A stretch of 64,000 bases of DNA, taken from contig NW_002060964.1 in NCBI RefSeq assembly GCF_000150275.1, positions 958,267-1,022,266 on the forward strand. The letters are read 5' to 3'. The position numbers and the translations under genes were made by a program. This DNA is from Trichoplax adhaerens (Eukaryota; Animalia; Placozoa). This document shows, one piece after another, positions 14,054 to 26,945 of this stretch; position 1 is the first letter of the stretch, and each line of letters begins with the position of its first letter. Under the pieces are notes generated by a model. It saw nothing but the letters and a program-made list of their open reading frames with translations, was not told the DNA's origin and ran no database searches.

Positions 14054-16282
14054 AGCTCGAAAACAAATCGACTACAGCAAGTTTGATGTGGTAGAAGACG
14101 CCAGTGATGGTAATGTACCTCCAACATATTTCATATTCAATATCAAACTTGTTTATCTACGGTATTGATGATCTCGATCTGGATCATCAATATGAACAAC
14201 AGTCATCAATGATAGTCTAGTCGGATTAATGTAGTTTACAACTGACTCAAATTGCTACCGTACTGTCTAATCCTATATATGGACATATCGAAAATCAGTC
14301 ATGTAAAAGTGGATCAATTTTCTTTCTAGATGACTTTCAGGAAACGTCACAAGGTAAAAAAACAAAATCAACATCCCGCAAAGGGAAGGAAAAGAAGGAA
14401 ACTCTATCGAAAAATGCTACACCAGCAACCAACAACTTAGCAAGCCCTAACAAACCTAGGTAATCGAGTACACTAACGCTAGAAAAAGGCTACAGTTGCG
14501 CTTCCAGGCTTCTATTATCTTTCAATCGTCGTTGATTGGTTCCATGGTCTTTCAACTCAGCACAGTGTGGCTTTAAACCTGTCTAGACTTACAGTATACG
14601 TATTAGCAATACAGATGAACTTATTCGAATCGATGAAAGATTTAAATACCTTACGTAATTTCTGATTACTTGCATTGACTGTCGTCAATCTGTAGTGATA
14701 AAAAGCCTTATTATAATATTGAACCGTAATCCTGCCTTAAGTGGTTTGGATTAGGCCATCTATAGACAGCACAGTATTAGTAATATCGTGCTACTGTACT
14801 AAATTGATCCAATTCAATCAAGTATTGGAAGCGATTGAAACAGTCATCAGTAAGCAAATGCAGCCTTTCACGGCCAGCGTTATCATCATGGATTACTAAA
14901 GTCAACATTAACTTTATATTTGTAACTTTCGACAGATTATCGCGTTCCGAAAAAATGTTCCAGCGAGACTTGGAAGCGGCAATTAAAGCCTCTCAAGATT
15001 CAACAGGAGAAAGTAAAAATGAAAGTGGGGAATTAGTTTCGGAGAATTTAGAGGACGACGAAGAAGCAGCTGCTGACTCAGTTCACGAAGGTATTTTTTT
15101 TTACTGTTTTGCACTGTTGACAGACATTAGTTATAGATACAATATAGTTTGGAGCTTGAAGTGTAGAGTAAAATAGTAACGTCTCGTCAGCCGATAGTTT
15201 GCCCTTACCGCTAATCTCGATATAAATTTTTGGGGGGGATTTTGATGACCAAAAGATGAAGCTAAGGAAGAGGAAGAAAGTGAAGAAGGCAAGGAATCTG
15301 ATGAGAGCGAAGTTAAGCCGGTTAAGAAAGGTCGCAAAAGAGCTGCTACTGCTGCTGCTTCTACACCTGGACGACCGCGTAGGCAAGCAGCAGTCAAAAA
15401 AAGTAAGAAACAGATAGAAAGCGAAGACGAAGAAGGTAATCAACATCTGATTGAGATCTCTTTTCATAGCTAAAGCTTAATGTCAGCCACTGACGTTAGA
15501 GTTGCTTACTTATTTATTACCGGTACTTAATGATTTTATTAATGGTTTTATGTTGTTGCTCAAACTTTCTTAAACAGATGATGACGATGATGAGAGTGCT
15601 TTCTCTGCTGAGGAAGAGGAAGAGGATGAAGACGATGAAGACAGCAGCAATAGCAGTGATATTAGCGAGGAATTCGTACCTCAGCCTAAAGGATCCAAGA
15701 AAAAGACGCCGGCTACGACTAAGAAAGGTAAAAAAGCAGCAGCAACCAACAATAAGCGTCAAAAAGTTACACCCCGTAAAGCTAAGCCTGCTGTCAAAAA
15801 AACTGCTAGCCCTAGAAAGATCAACCTCGATAAAATCAAACCAAATCGCCCTCGTCCTCGATGGAATGTTACTGGTAAGTGCTATTCAGCAATTTTTATA
15901 AAACTGTTAAAAAGCAATGAATCTTACTACGTATTCATGAACCTATCACATAAACCAGTTGTAAATAAGGCAGACAATACTCCCGGTAAGAAGGGGCGAA
16001 GTATTGGTAAATCTGGAAGAAAGAGTCTTGGAATGTCAAGAAGTTCTTCTACATGTAAGACACATGAAGGCTATGCTTTTCTCGTCCATTTCAATTTTGT
16101 ACACATTTTATTTATTGCTGCTTTTGAATAATTATTAATTTGTAGCCAACTCCGGACTGGGAAGTACTCCTCTGCCATCCCCAGGTTCCGTTGCAAGTCC
16201 CTCAGCAGCGGTAGTTCGAATCGGTTTATCCAAAAAGCAGTCTGTAAAGCCGCTGCATCCAAGCGCTAATAATAGCAAATGA
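14054..16282 (+). CDS. RAD51AP1: RAD51-associated protein 1 (RAD51AP1/NUCKS family), multi-exon; first coding exon not resolved
   Basis: N-terminal RKQIDYSKFD, then LSRSEKMFQRDLEAAIKAS (compare LYQRDLEVALALS) and acidic/basic low-complexity exons. The final exon VRIGLSKKQSVKPLHP matches the RAD51-binding LRLGLSR..VKPLHP motif; TGA at 16280-16282. Confidence 0.85.
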
Positions 16283-17437
16283 TCCAACCTCTCGTATTTT
16301 GTGATGGCTATTGCTCATCTTGTAGCACTGGAAGTCTAAATGTGCTGATTGCATTTTTTAGTAATTTTCTATTTCTACTTTCCATGGTTTATTTAATATT
16401 TAGTATCATACTGTATCATTTTTATCACGCTATATCAGCTACATTTAGCTAATTAATGATATCCGGAAGCAAGAGTTTTAATTGTTCATCATCGTCCTCA
16501 TAGTGAAGCCTTATATGTTGGTTTCATGTAAATATTGTATAGACATAGTAAATAAAATTCCAGCATATAAATCATATATTGACTCGGTGCATCCTTGTAT
16601 ATATAATTTTATACTGTAATTCTTTTGCGTTGGCTCAAGTTTGATTGAGGCACTGGTCTGTCAGTACTTTACTGCAGAAAATATATAGAAATACTGTGTC
16701 TTTTAAGGTAAGATACCGATATGTTTAATATAGGCATCTGTTTTCTGGTTTAAATGACTCACGCAATCTAAGTTCGTAATAGTTATAACCGACATGATAT
16801 GATAGCATTCACGTGTGATATCTACGTACGCGTAGTGCGTTTCGAAGTGCTGTAAGACTAGTTGTGTGAGTCCAGTTCGTAAATTGTCAACTGATTATAT
16901 GTAATATGTATAAATATTAACGCTCGTGTAGTATTCGAAAAAGTATGCAAATTCGTATCTTCGAATTGGATCCGTATTTGCATCCATTTTAGTAATACTG
17001 TCTTCCACACCTCAGACGGCCTATTTCGTACTATAGATCGAGTGTCGATAAGACGACAACAGTCATTCTGAATACTTTTTCTAGACTCTAGACCAGTATC
17101 GATTCAAGATATTAAAGAACATATGCACTAATTTACTGGGACATAATTGCGTCACACAAAATCGAGCAAACAGAGATGAGGTGTCATCATTCTTGATCGG
17201 GACCGGATACCCTTCGCCGATTTGTTTGCTCGTTGATGTAAGCGGGTGCGGCCTGCGTTACTGCTGTAGAATTCGCGTTATTTGCTCTTACTGTTTATAA
17301 AATACTGTACTGCAAATGAACCAATATCTATCAATACTAATTCCTGTACTTGATCCAACCATTGGTCCACAGTGCTTCTGAAAGACTACAGTATTCCGTG
17401 AAGTGATGACGCAATATTGACATCAACTACTGTTCTA

Positions 17438-18054
17438 CAAGTCCTATAACATCAAGCAATGTGCTGGCCTGTTATGTTGATGTATGCAAGGGATCATTTT
17501 TTCTTCCGTAGTCCCTCGATATACTTACTATATGTCGCATCGTATACAGTGTTCTTGTGCAGAGTCTGTATTGCTACTAGTGCATTGCATAATAATAACA
17601 TTGCCAATGAACTTGGCTGCTATCCTTCTACCATTGCTTTCACTCAGGACAAGCTGCGTTGATGTAGGCAAGGGGTCATTTTTTCTTCAGCAGTTCCTTG
17701 ATATACTGTATATTGTATCTGTATTGTTACCAGTGCATTGTATAACAACATTGTAAATGAACTTGGCTGCTAGCCTTCTACCATTGCTTCTACTCAAGAT
17801 AGGCGAGTGCAGGTTCCATTCATATCCACTGCTGTAATGCAAGTCCTACAACATCAAGCAAAATGCTAGTTATATTGATGTAGGCCGGGAGTCATTGTTT
17901 TCTTCCATAGTCACTTGATATACTGTCTATTGCATACTATACAGTGTTCCTGTGCAGAATCAGTATTTCTACTAGTGCATTGCCTACTAACATTGCCAAT
18001 CAACTTGGCTGCTAGCCTTCTACCATCAAATTAGTTCTTCTGCACTCAGGACAA
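17438..18054. repeat. Three degenerate tandem copies of a ~150-215 bp unit
   Basis: The motifs TTGATGTA, TCATTTTTTCTTC, AGTGCATTG and AACTTGGCTGCTAKCCTTCTACCAT recur in units starting at ~17438, ~17657 and ~17840. Confidence 0.9.
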
Positions 18055-18369
18055 GAGAGTGGAGACGAATCACAAATCAAACCTTCAGAGATTTTATCAA
18101 ACCACAGTCCTGTACAGACCTGACTATCACCACTGATTCATCAGTACGAAGTTAATACTAATTCCTATTACAGCATGGTATTGGCACCACAGTAGGATAC
18201 AGCACAGTACAATGCACTGTGTTGAGTACAGTGGGTGGACTGTAGCACTTTCCTCTAACGGCCAAAGCAGCAGCCGGTATATCCCCTTTTAAATTAGCCA
18301 GTGGATGGCGATGGTGGTCCTCCGCAAGCTGCAATCCTTCATCGTCGCTTGCTTGTAAAATAATCCAAA

Positions 18370-21108
18370 ATGGTTCGAGCGATTTTATTATCCATTCTAC
18401 GAGCGCCGTATTATCCACCAGCCTCACAAAAAGGTTTATGGGGCGGTGAAGGAGTGGTTAGTGGCTATTATACGACCAAGCGTAGAAAGCATAAGTAAGT
18501 AGCGTCCAGCACCATGTGCTACTTTATTAGGCTGGGGAGAAGGGTCCATTCTTGCTAATGGACATCTTTCCTCAGCTTGTTCATGCCTATTTCTAAAGTG
18601 AAGCTGTCTAGGGTTAACAAGATTCACTATAGTACTGTCAATCTTCAGTCCTACCCTACTTGTTACTGTAATCACTCACAACGGTCTATTCTATCCTGCT
18701 GTTTAGAATACATTCAGATAGCAAGAAGCGTAGTATAGCACCATCTTGCAATTGCTGTAAAGCTGAGCTGCCTTGTTTGACCTACAGTAGCCATAATAGA
18801 CATCGATCTCGAAATGTTCTCATCACAGAAATGACACATCTGTACAGTATTCGTCAGTAGAATGGTTCTATACCGTCAAGGAGATAGATGTTTAACGCTG
18901 TAGACTAGCTAGAACGACCTGCTGTAATAGTCAATTTTGTTCGTGAATAGTACGCCAATGCATGAGAAAAATCAGTCGACAACCACCTCGGAAAATAGAA
19001 TGTCTGCACACTATTGACCAGTTTAAACACTATTCATGCATAGTAATTCATAAAGTTAGCTCAAACAGTTCGCTGCCATTCTTGATGCACGTACAGCATC
19101 ATAGTGTGATAAGTATCTACAAATGGCGTTTCTCTACAATATTGACCAGTAGAATAGTTATCGATCGTCAAGAATAATCAAGACAGCGCTAGACGTTCAC
19201 TACTTGTTTGAGTAATCATGGCGATAAGCATAGTAATTCGTTATGTTAGCAAGTGTGGATAAGACCAGATTAGAAAATCTCACGGAATGAAACATTTATA
19301 GTGAAAGATTATTGGAGACAACATTTGATATGAACAATAACTACCCCTTAATTAGTCCTTCAGAATGGAATTCAATCCATGCCTAGTAATGCATTAAGTT
19401 AGCAAGATTTGCGTAGCACCAGCTTAGAAAATTCCATCGCGGAAATGACAAGCTTACATAATCACGACAATCCTGTACATTAGCGATCACTGTCTGCTTG
19501 AGTAGTCAATCAGAACGGCCATTCCATCTATCTATGCATAGTCCAGTATTCACCATGTTAGCAGGAAGAGCATGCAGTTAACAGCGATGCCTGATTCATG
19601 CATACTGTTTCCATGTATCCAACAATCCTCCTACCATGGAAATGACCTAACTGTACGAAGATTTACTACCCGTATACGCGTACACCGTCAAGAATAGGAA
19701 ATACCACGTTGTACATCAACTTTGACCGTCTGCAAGAGTAATTATCACAGCGATAAATTTTACCCATAATTAGTATAGTCATTCTTTCTGTTAACATACT
19801 CTCGTATAAAGTTTACTGTAGGGCTAGCTTAAGCAATCCCCCAATTGACTGTACCATCCTATCTTCTCCTGACATCAATAATTAAGTGATCAAGCAAAAT
19901 TGTTTCGCTCACGCAATTATTAGATACCATTTCAGTCGTTACATGTGATACGAGAACAGACGCATTCGTCCATTTTACATTACTAATTCTGCTAAATAGC
20001 TCTGTTGATTAATGCGATCTAGACAAGTACTTATGCTACCAAGTGATAGTGCCATATCGAATAAAGCACAGTGCTAATTAACACATCATCAATGCAAGTT
20101 CACGCTCCAATTCAAGATGCTGATGAATACGAGCTATTTAAAAGTGGTACTAGAACAAGTCTATACTGTATATTATCAAATGACCAGCTAGTGCGATGCA
20201 GAATAAACATAGTGTTAATGAAAACACCATCAATGCAAGTTCAGGTTACTAATCAAGATGAAACATGCTATTCTTGTCATTCTACCAATGGCTTAGGCTA
20301 TTCAGTACCGAGAGAGAGGCAGTATTTGTAGTGGACTATGCAACATTCGTCTACAAATGACAAAGCTATAAACAATTGTTTGATACAATAATATTGATGT
20401 TGACTCGATCTGGTGTGCAATAGATTTCACCAATAAATAATCGATGAATTTTTTGATCATTTTTCAAGGATTAAACGCAAATGGCATCCCAACGTCCAAA
20501 CAATGAAACTGTTTAGTGATATCCTGGATCAGACGCTTCGAGTCCCAACTACCATGTCTGCTTTAAAACAAATAGAACGAGCTGGCAGTCTAGATAATTA
20601 CATCTTGCGTACACCTGATAAACAATTAAACTCAGAATTTGCCTTTGATCTACGTAAAAAGATCCTATCTAGAGTCATATACCTTAAAAAGAGAGATATC
20701 CGAAAGTATCAAAAAGCCATGGACAATTTACAGCGTAAACGAGATGCATATCAGTTCAATCTAACACTTGCTATAGAAGAGGAACCAACTAAAGCCTTTA
20801 AAGAGCAAAAATTACAAATTAGAGAAATTAAAAATGAAATGAATGAAATTAAAAAGAATATCGGTATTTGTGAATGGGAGATTTTAGATGCTAAACGTAG
20901 ATCAGTAACAGAGAAAGAGAAATATTTAAGAAAGAAAGCACAAAAATTCTGGATGGAGAAAGCACGTAAGAAGCAATTAAAACAAGCTGCACATGCTAGA
21001 GCGGTAGCTCGCGCACAAGAAAGCCTTGAAGACGAAGACGAAGAGTCTGCTGAGCCTGAAAGGAAAGGAGTTTGGAATTGGATTAAATCTATCTTTAGCA
21101 GAAAGTGA
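18370..21108 (+). CDS. MRPL28: Mitochondrial ribosomal protein bL28m; 2 exons (18370-18494, 20469-21108)
   Basis: Exon 1 MVRAILLSILRAPYYPPASQKGLWGGEGVV has the YxPPxSQxGLWGGEG signature and a gtaagt donor at 18495. Exon 2 reads IKRKWHPNVQTMKLFSDIL..IERAGSLDNYILRT, and the phase-2 junction is in frame. Confidence 0.9.
19030..20265. repeat. Degenerate tandem repeats filling the ~2 kb MRPL28 intron
   Basis: GCATAGTAATTC..GTTAGC-like motifs at ~19036, 19226, 19379 and 19534; CTTGAGTARTCA-like motifs at ~19205 and 19495; CATCAATGCAAGTTCA..TCAAGATG at ~20087 and 20228. Confidence 0.65.
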
Positions 21109-22763
21109 CCTGGCATATCACCGTTGAACTATGACTAGAACGGAAAAATTTCAATTCTGTGTAAATATATTTGCGGTAGTTTGTACTCATTTCATTCTAA
21201 AAAATACTTATTGTAGTACATGACATTGTAATGTTTTTTATGGCCAATATCTTAACGCTGGGAATTCTAATATAATGCATGGATTTTATGTTATCGTCCA
21301 TATCTAATTATAAGCAAGAATAAATTGATATTTTGCAATTTTATGCTTCCAGCACCGTTCAATAAAATGAGGTGTTACTACAGTTGTCAAGTAGTTTTCT
21401 CTGATCGTCATCATCATAAAATAATGATTACACCATTGAATCATGATGCAGCTAAGCCCATGACTTATCATCATCTACACTCGGCTATTTTACGGTAGAC
21501 AGTTCCAATAAGTATGATGATGATGAAATAATGTTTACGCTATTTTCTCAGGAGCAATGACAATTATTAATTGTATCATTAGAAGAGAAATTAAGGTTGG
21601 AAAAATCATGTTACATAAATGCCGATTGCAGTTGATTGCAATACAAACTAATGTTAGTCTGTCGATCTGTGATGAAATCCAGCTCAATTACTTGGAAATG
21701 AGGGACGCCAGAGGTTCGGTTAAATATGTTGATAAATTCTTCAAATTGGAGTTACAAATAGCCTACAATGCACCAGTCTTACCTTCTAAAGTGCATAAGA
21801 TCCAAAGGATCAAGTTCAACTTCAGCTCGGAAATGGAGCAATGCTATGATTATAATATAGCGGTCTGCAGAACTACCTCACCGCAAAAGAGTACTCTACC
21901 GTTGGGTAGTGATATTGTCGTAGCTGCTAGCTTCGATAATAGTTTATAATTTACAGAGAAAGCCAGTTGTGGACTCATCTTCTCCATGACTACTGTCTCC
22001 ATGGTATTACTTCCTTCTACAGTATCTAGTCGGCAGAAACACATACGAAGGCCTAAGATCCTTGATTAGATCCCCAAATCATCTCGCATTAGCTGATGTG
22101 GATAATTCTATAAAGTTGTAAACTGTCCTTTAGAAATCTAAACTTGTCCTATTAAGAGATCAAGACTTTAACTCGTGGTCAATAGTGTGAAAACCTGAGA
22201 TCCATCTGGAACGTATGCGTCCTTAATGACCTCATTCAGAACAGAAATGGTGGAAAGGTAACCCTTGTATTTTAGCTTACATGCCAAGAATAGATTAATC
22301 TATGATTTTTAAACGTTTTTAAGGATAGGAAATGATCCACTAAAAGGTTTTTAACCTTTTCTAGTGAAATAGAAATGATAATAGATACTGTCATGTTTTC
22401 CAGCCCTTTTTAGTGGATGACAGTTCTGCAAGTTGGATTTCTAGCCATGAAAGACTGCTTAATTAAAGCATGAGCTATTTAGTTGGCGTATAACTAGCAT
22501 TGCTAGTGGACAATTGCTATACTGTACAAGTAGAAATGGAATACTGTACGCGTAGTTCAACCCTTGTTGGCCACGTGTTGGCCAATCGTTTCAACATGGA
22601 GCCATTTTTAGAAGAGGGTTAACGATATCCAGACGTACTAATTTAGTCCTCTGTGAATGGATTGCGTAGCGAAAGATACACGTAGATTAACACTAGCGTT
22701 TAATTGAAACATTTGAAAGCATTCTTTGATATATTTTATACTTACAGATCGGAGAAAACTGTT

Positions 22764-25121
22764 ATGGAGTCGTTCGATGGACTGGATGATTTATTTTCCA
22801 AATTGTCATTGGAATCTTTAAATGCTCCATTCAAATCATCAACACAAGATACCAAGAGCAATAAACTAAGACAAGATGGAAGCTTACTGGATAAAAAGAA
22901 TCCATTGGATATTAATAATCAGCCAATTAATCAAGATAGCGTCAATCAAAGTAAAAAGCAAAACTTGACAAATCTAGAAGTCATGTCGCCATTACAGCAA
23001 AAATGTTTTATTAAAACGGTTCCTTTTGAATCATTCCAAGTTGGAAGCAACATCAAAATTGAGGTCTTAGCTGTTATAAATCCCAATTACTTTTTTGTTC
23101 GCGATAGAGCACAAATGAATGAAGAAATGAAGACCAGTTATCAACAGTTACAAGCTAAAATGAAGAAACTCTATCAACAATTTTTGCCAAGGAAACAGAC
23201 ATGGTATTGCGGCGATATAGGTGTTGCACGTTTAAAAATAGATGGCGAATGGCATCGAGTAATGCTGGATACTATAGGAAAAACACACGCTGAAGTACAT
23301 TGCATTGATACTGGCTACTATCAACAAGTATCATTAAAAGATTGCTTTCCTTTATATTCGTGTCTTGCAAGCCGAAAGGCAATGGCTGTAGCTTGTAGCT
23401 TAGACAACGTGGATTACTCACCTTGCTTGCAATACTGGCCGATGGATGTTACTCAATTATTCTCTTCTTGGTTAAAAAGTCATCATGTTACCATGAAAGT
23501 ATCGTCAAGGCAAGATGATATCCATTTTGTTCAGATTGAATTTTACCAGTTAACGGAATGTTTTCATGCTAATACAGAATTGCTTAAATGCAAATGGGCT
23601 ATTACAAGGTGCAACCATTTGCAAAGTCAATCAGCTCGTCATCGGATACATCACTATCAACGTATTCTGCGAGAGTCGCAAGCCTGTTCGGTTCCATTAA
23701 TTTCTATTCCTCGTAAGAAATGGATCGATGTTTATGCTACAGCTATTGTCAGTCCAAGTTTATTTTGGCTCAAATTCTCGCATAATACTAAAGCTAGCGA
23801 TGATCATTCGTATAAACCGCATGCTAACACTATTGCTAAGAAAAATTGTGAAGTTGGCTGCGTTTTTTTAATTCGTAACAAGAATGGAACTTATTTTCGT
23901 GGACAACTTAAGTGCTTATTAATGTATGATTATGCTTTAGTACAAGATATCGATTCTGCAATTGTTTCAAAGGTTATGTTAAAAGGAAATTTAATCAAAT
24001 TATCCAATGCGCAAAAACGATTACCAGCTACTGCTGTCCAATGTTACCTCGATCTTGTCAACGGTGATCGTGAGATGAATTGGAGTAGTTCCATTCTACA
24101 TCAATTTACGTCAGCTGTAAATGCAGGCAAATTAAAGGCTTTATTCCATCCTCAAGCTACCGATATACATGGTATAAAATTGCATCAAATGAAGCAAACG
24201 GATTGCATCGATATTAATCGGATAATAGAACAAGCACTTATTGAGAAAGATGCTATGGATATAAGTAACAACGATGAAAATTTACCCATAATGAATGATA
24301 ATATACATAGTTTGGATAGTTCAGTTTGCAATTTAAAGCAACATACACCCTACCTAGATACATTAACCTTAAACAGTTCGAAATCGATCGATTTAACATC
24401 AGCTAAGAAGATGGGACAGCATGGAAATCGGCCGAGTGATCCTTCAAAAAAACGACTGGAATGTTTCTCTAGCTTAAAATCATCTCCAATAGCCAAACCG
24501 AAGGACAAATTATCACGCGATGTCAATAATACAAGTAGTCAGCGGAATAAATGTATGAAGGATACATTGGAAAATGGCAAACAACACTCTAAAATTTACA
24601 GCAATTATCCAAATTCACCAAATTATAATCACTCACAACGACCATCTGATCTCATGAATTCATATACAAGATTGCCTTCGATGGATTATTCTATGCCACA
24701 CAGTAGATTTACAAATTGCCACCAATTAAATTGGAACGAATATTATTACCAACATCATAACGGTTATCATTATCGACCATTGGAATATAATTATTCCAGA
24801 CTAGCATGTTTAGAGAGACCAGCTCGACAGCCGTATGCAGGATATAGGACTCCATTGGATGAAAGATGTAGCAATTATCCCTTGCGACAAGGTATGGTAA
24901 GAGAATCGAATAATTCTGATTTAAGATGGATAACTCCTCCATACCCGGAAAGTGGTTATCCAATGGCAAATAATCCACAATTCCGATACCATCGATTTCA
25001 ACACCCGAGTCCTCACTGGATGATGACCAGGCCTCATCAGCCTGCCTGGCCTAGACCTCAGTTAGGAATGCATCCCCATTTTCCTCCTAACCCGCCAAGA
25101 GCAAGAGATTTCAGTAGGTAA
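22764..25121 (+). CDS. Tudor-domain-containing protein (two extended Tudor domains plus low-complexity C-terminus)
   Basis: Single long ORF with first ATG at 22764. Tudor 1: VLAVINPNYFFV..DGEWHRV..VHCIDTG..KAMAVACSLDNV..WP. Tudor 2: ATAIVSPSLFWL..GTYFRG..LPATAVQCYL..WS. The tail is P/Y/H/R-rich. Confidence 0.85.
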   Translation: MESFDGLDDLFSKLSLESLNAPFKSSTQDTKSNKLRQDGSLLDKKNPLDINNQPINQDSVNQSKKQNLTNLEVMSPLQQKCFIKTVPFESFQVGSNIKIEVLAVINPNYFFVRDRAQMNEEMKTSYQQLQAKMKKLYQQFLPRKQTWYCGDIGVARLKIDGEWHRVMLDTIGKTHAEVHCIDTGYYQQVSLKDCFPLYSCLASRKAMAVACSLDNVDYSPCLQYWPMDVTQLFSSWLKSHHVTMKVSSRQDDIHFVQIEFYQLTECFHANTELLKCKWAITRCNHLQSQSARHRIHHYQRILRESQACSVPLISIPRKKWIDVYATAIVSPSLFWLKFSHNTKASDDHSYKPHANTIAKKNCEVGCVFLIRNKNGTYFRGQLKCLLMYDYALVQDIDSAIVSKVMLKGNLIKLSNAQKRLPATAVQCYLDLVNGDREMNWSSSILHQFTSAVNAGKLKALFHPQATDIHGIKLHQMKQTDCIDINRIIEQALIEKDAMDISNNDENLPIMNDNIHSLDSSVCNLKQHTPYLDTLTLNSSKSIDLTSAKKMGQHGNRPSDPSKKRLECFSSLKSSPIAKPKDKLSRDVNNTSSQRNKCMKDTLENGKQHSKIYSNYPNSPNYNHSQRPSDLMNSYTRLPSMDYSMPHSRFTNCHQLNWNEYYYQHHNGYHYRPLEYNYSRLACLERPARQPYAGYRTPLDERCSNYPLRQGMVRESNNSDLRWITPPYPESGYPMANNPQFRYHRFQHPSPHWMMTRPHQPAWPRPQLGMHPHFPPNPPRARDFSR

Positions 25122-26608
25122 TTGACAGTAGCATAACTATTTTATCAGCACCATGGAATAAAAAGACATAGATCGAAACAATTTAAGGATAATTTTTTGT
25201 GCAGTATCTTTTCAAGTAGTAAGTAGCTCAATAGATACAATGACGCGTTGTTTATGCAATTTAAAGCCTCTAAAGGAGATTGATAAGTTTCTCTATCGAG
25301 ACAGCTTGATCTCAGTGTAGATATAGTATCCATACCCTAATTAAGGAACTCTACTAACTGCTAATATTGCTGAATATGTGCTTAATTATCCCCAGACATC
25401 CTACTAATAGATATGCAGTGCATTACTAATTGTTGAATAATTAAGAAATCAATGCAGCCAATGAATCTGGAATTTTGAATGGTCGATGATTTATAGACTC
25501 GATATATCATCACTGTGATTCTTGTCTATTTGATAATATATATATAATCTGTTAACAAAATGTGAAGTATATAAATTGGATTGTTTTGCATGTAATGATC
25601 GGTCTCTTAGATATTTGCTAATTCGTGCGTGAGTTTCTGATGTCCTTAAAATTAACATCTGCTCAGTTTATTAAAATTAGATCTTTACATCTGAGCTTTC
25701 CTAATGTTAATATTTATTTTTCATGTCTTGGTTATTGAAACGTAAAATCAAGTATTGTGCATGGCAAATTGTTCTTAAATTATACTATATCTTTATTATT
25801 TTGTCATTTCTATTTCGTTGATGGAGCTGGAAGCGATCACCTACACATATTCATTCAATTTGATTATTTACTAAACAATACTGTATGATCTGTATTTTGT
25901 ATCAAATGGCTTAAATTACAAATATTGGTTCTTGTCGTTTAAGTGAATAATCAGTACACGTTTTACTTCTTTAAGTACGTATTTGTATAAGATTGCAATA
26001 AATGTATTCACATAATTTTTTCAGCAATAAAATTGATCGTATTTCCTTGCGCGAAACTTTTAGAAGAGCGTGAGTATTTTATGTACTTAATGCTGTTAAT
26101 CATGGCGAGGATGCAGCAACTTACAACTACGTGCTAAATATAGTACAGTGATCGTACAAGTCTTAAAAAATATAGTAGTTATGCTCGATACTATAGTTGC
26201 ATAAAAACTACCATTTCGTGTATAAATATTGATACCATAACGTATTATATCAGCCATGCATAACTAATATCTTTAAAAGCATAACTGTAAGCTTTGCCAT
26301 CAGATAATACGGGCTACGCCACTAATTGAAACTATAACAATTATTGATATCTATGAGCCATGATCGTAATTTAAACCTTTTCATCACGGCAATCTGTTGC
26401 TTCAAACACCGTCACATTTGCGTTTTTGAGGAAAGGTATACCTGGCTAAAATCCTACATCGTCGTAACATGATCGTAACTTTGGCGTTATACCATGTTTA
26501 GGTTACGTATCTGATGCAGAAATAGATCACTACCTATTTTGATGATATTATGGCGGGTGCTTATGATTTTGTGTATGTTTACTCGTATGTAGTCATTAGC
26601 GCTATGTA

Positions 26609-26801
26609 GCAAAGAGTAGACTCTCTCTACGTTAGATAGAGTAATGGTTTATCAGTCACGGATGATGTGACTGTTATTCCATAGTTTGTGTAAGCAATAT
26701 GACATGGCAAAGAGTAGACGCTGTAAAGATAGTAGATAGAGCCATAGGTTATCAGTCTCGAATGATGTGACTGTTATTTCATAGTTTGCGTAGGCAATAT
26801 T
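26609..26801. repeat. Two-copy ~97 bp direct repeat
   Basis: GCAAAGAGTAGAC..TAGATAGAG..TTATCAGTC..ATGATGTGACTGTTATTYCATAGTTTGYGTARGCAATAT occurs twice. Confidence 0.85.
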
Positions 26802-26945
26802 ACGCAAGAATATGTAAATAGTATTCCAGTTGAATATATAAGGCAATAAAGCGAATTTGCTAATTAATTTATCGCTTACGCGTAAGGAGTTATTAGAGAG
26901 TCTATATTATATCTGTTTCGAGTTTTGAGTGGAAAAGTTTATAGT

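Noticed and set aside
18240-18260. GAGGAAAGTGCTACAG on the minus strand resembling RNase P/MRP conserved regions
   Set aside because: No partner CR-V motif or P4 pairing was found nearby.
18158-18427. Minus-strand ORF with a PWI/RBM26-like stretch (ALVEWIIKSLEPF)
   Set aside because: That stretch is the antisense of MRPL28 exon 1, and the similarity does not continue.
20751-21116. Antisense ORFs over real exons (also 3691-4182, 5919-6203, 15078-15762, 39163-39405, 47755-48135)
   Set aside because: They are shadows of coding sequence on the other strand or frame.
21557-22270. ORF fragments between MRPL28 and the Tudor gene, one LRR-like (NLNLSY*EIKTL)
   Set aside because: Stop-riddled with only one weak motif; I cannot support a call.
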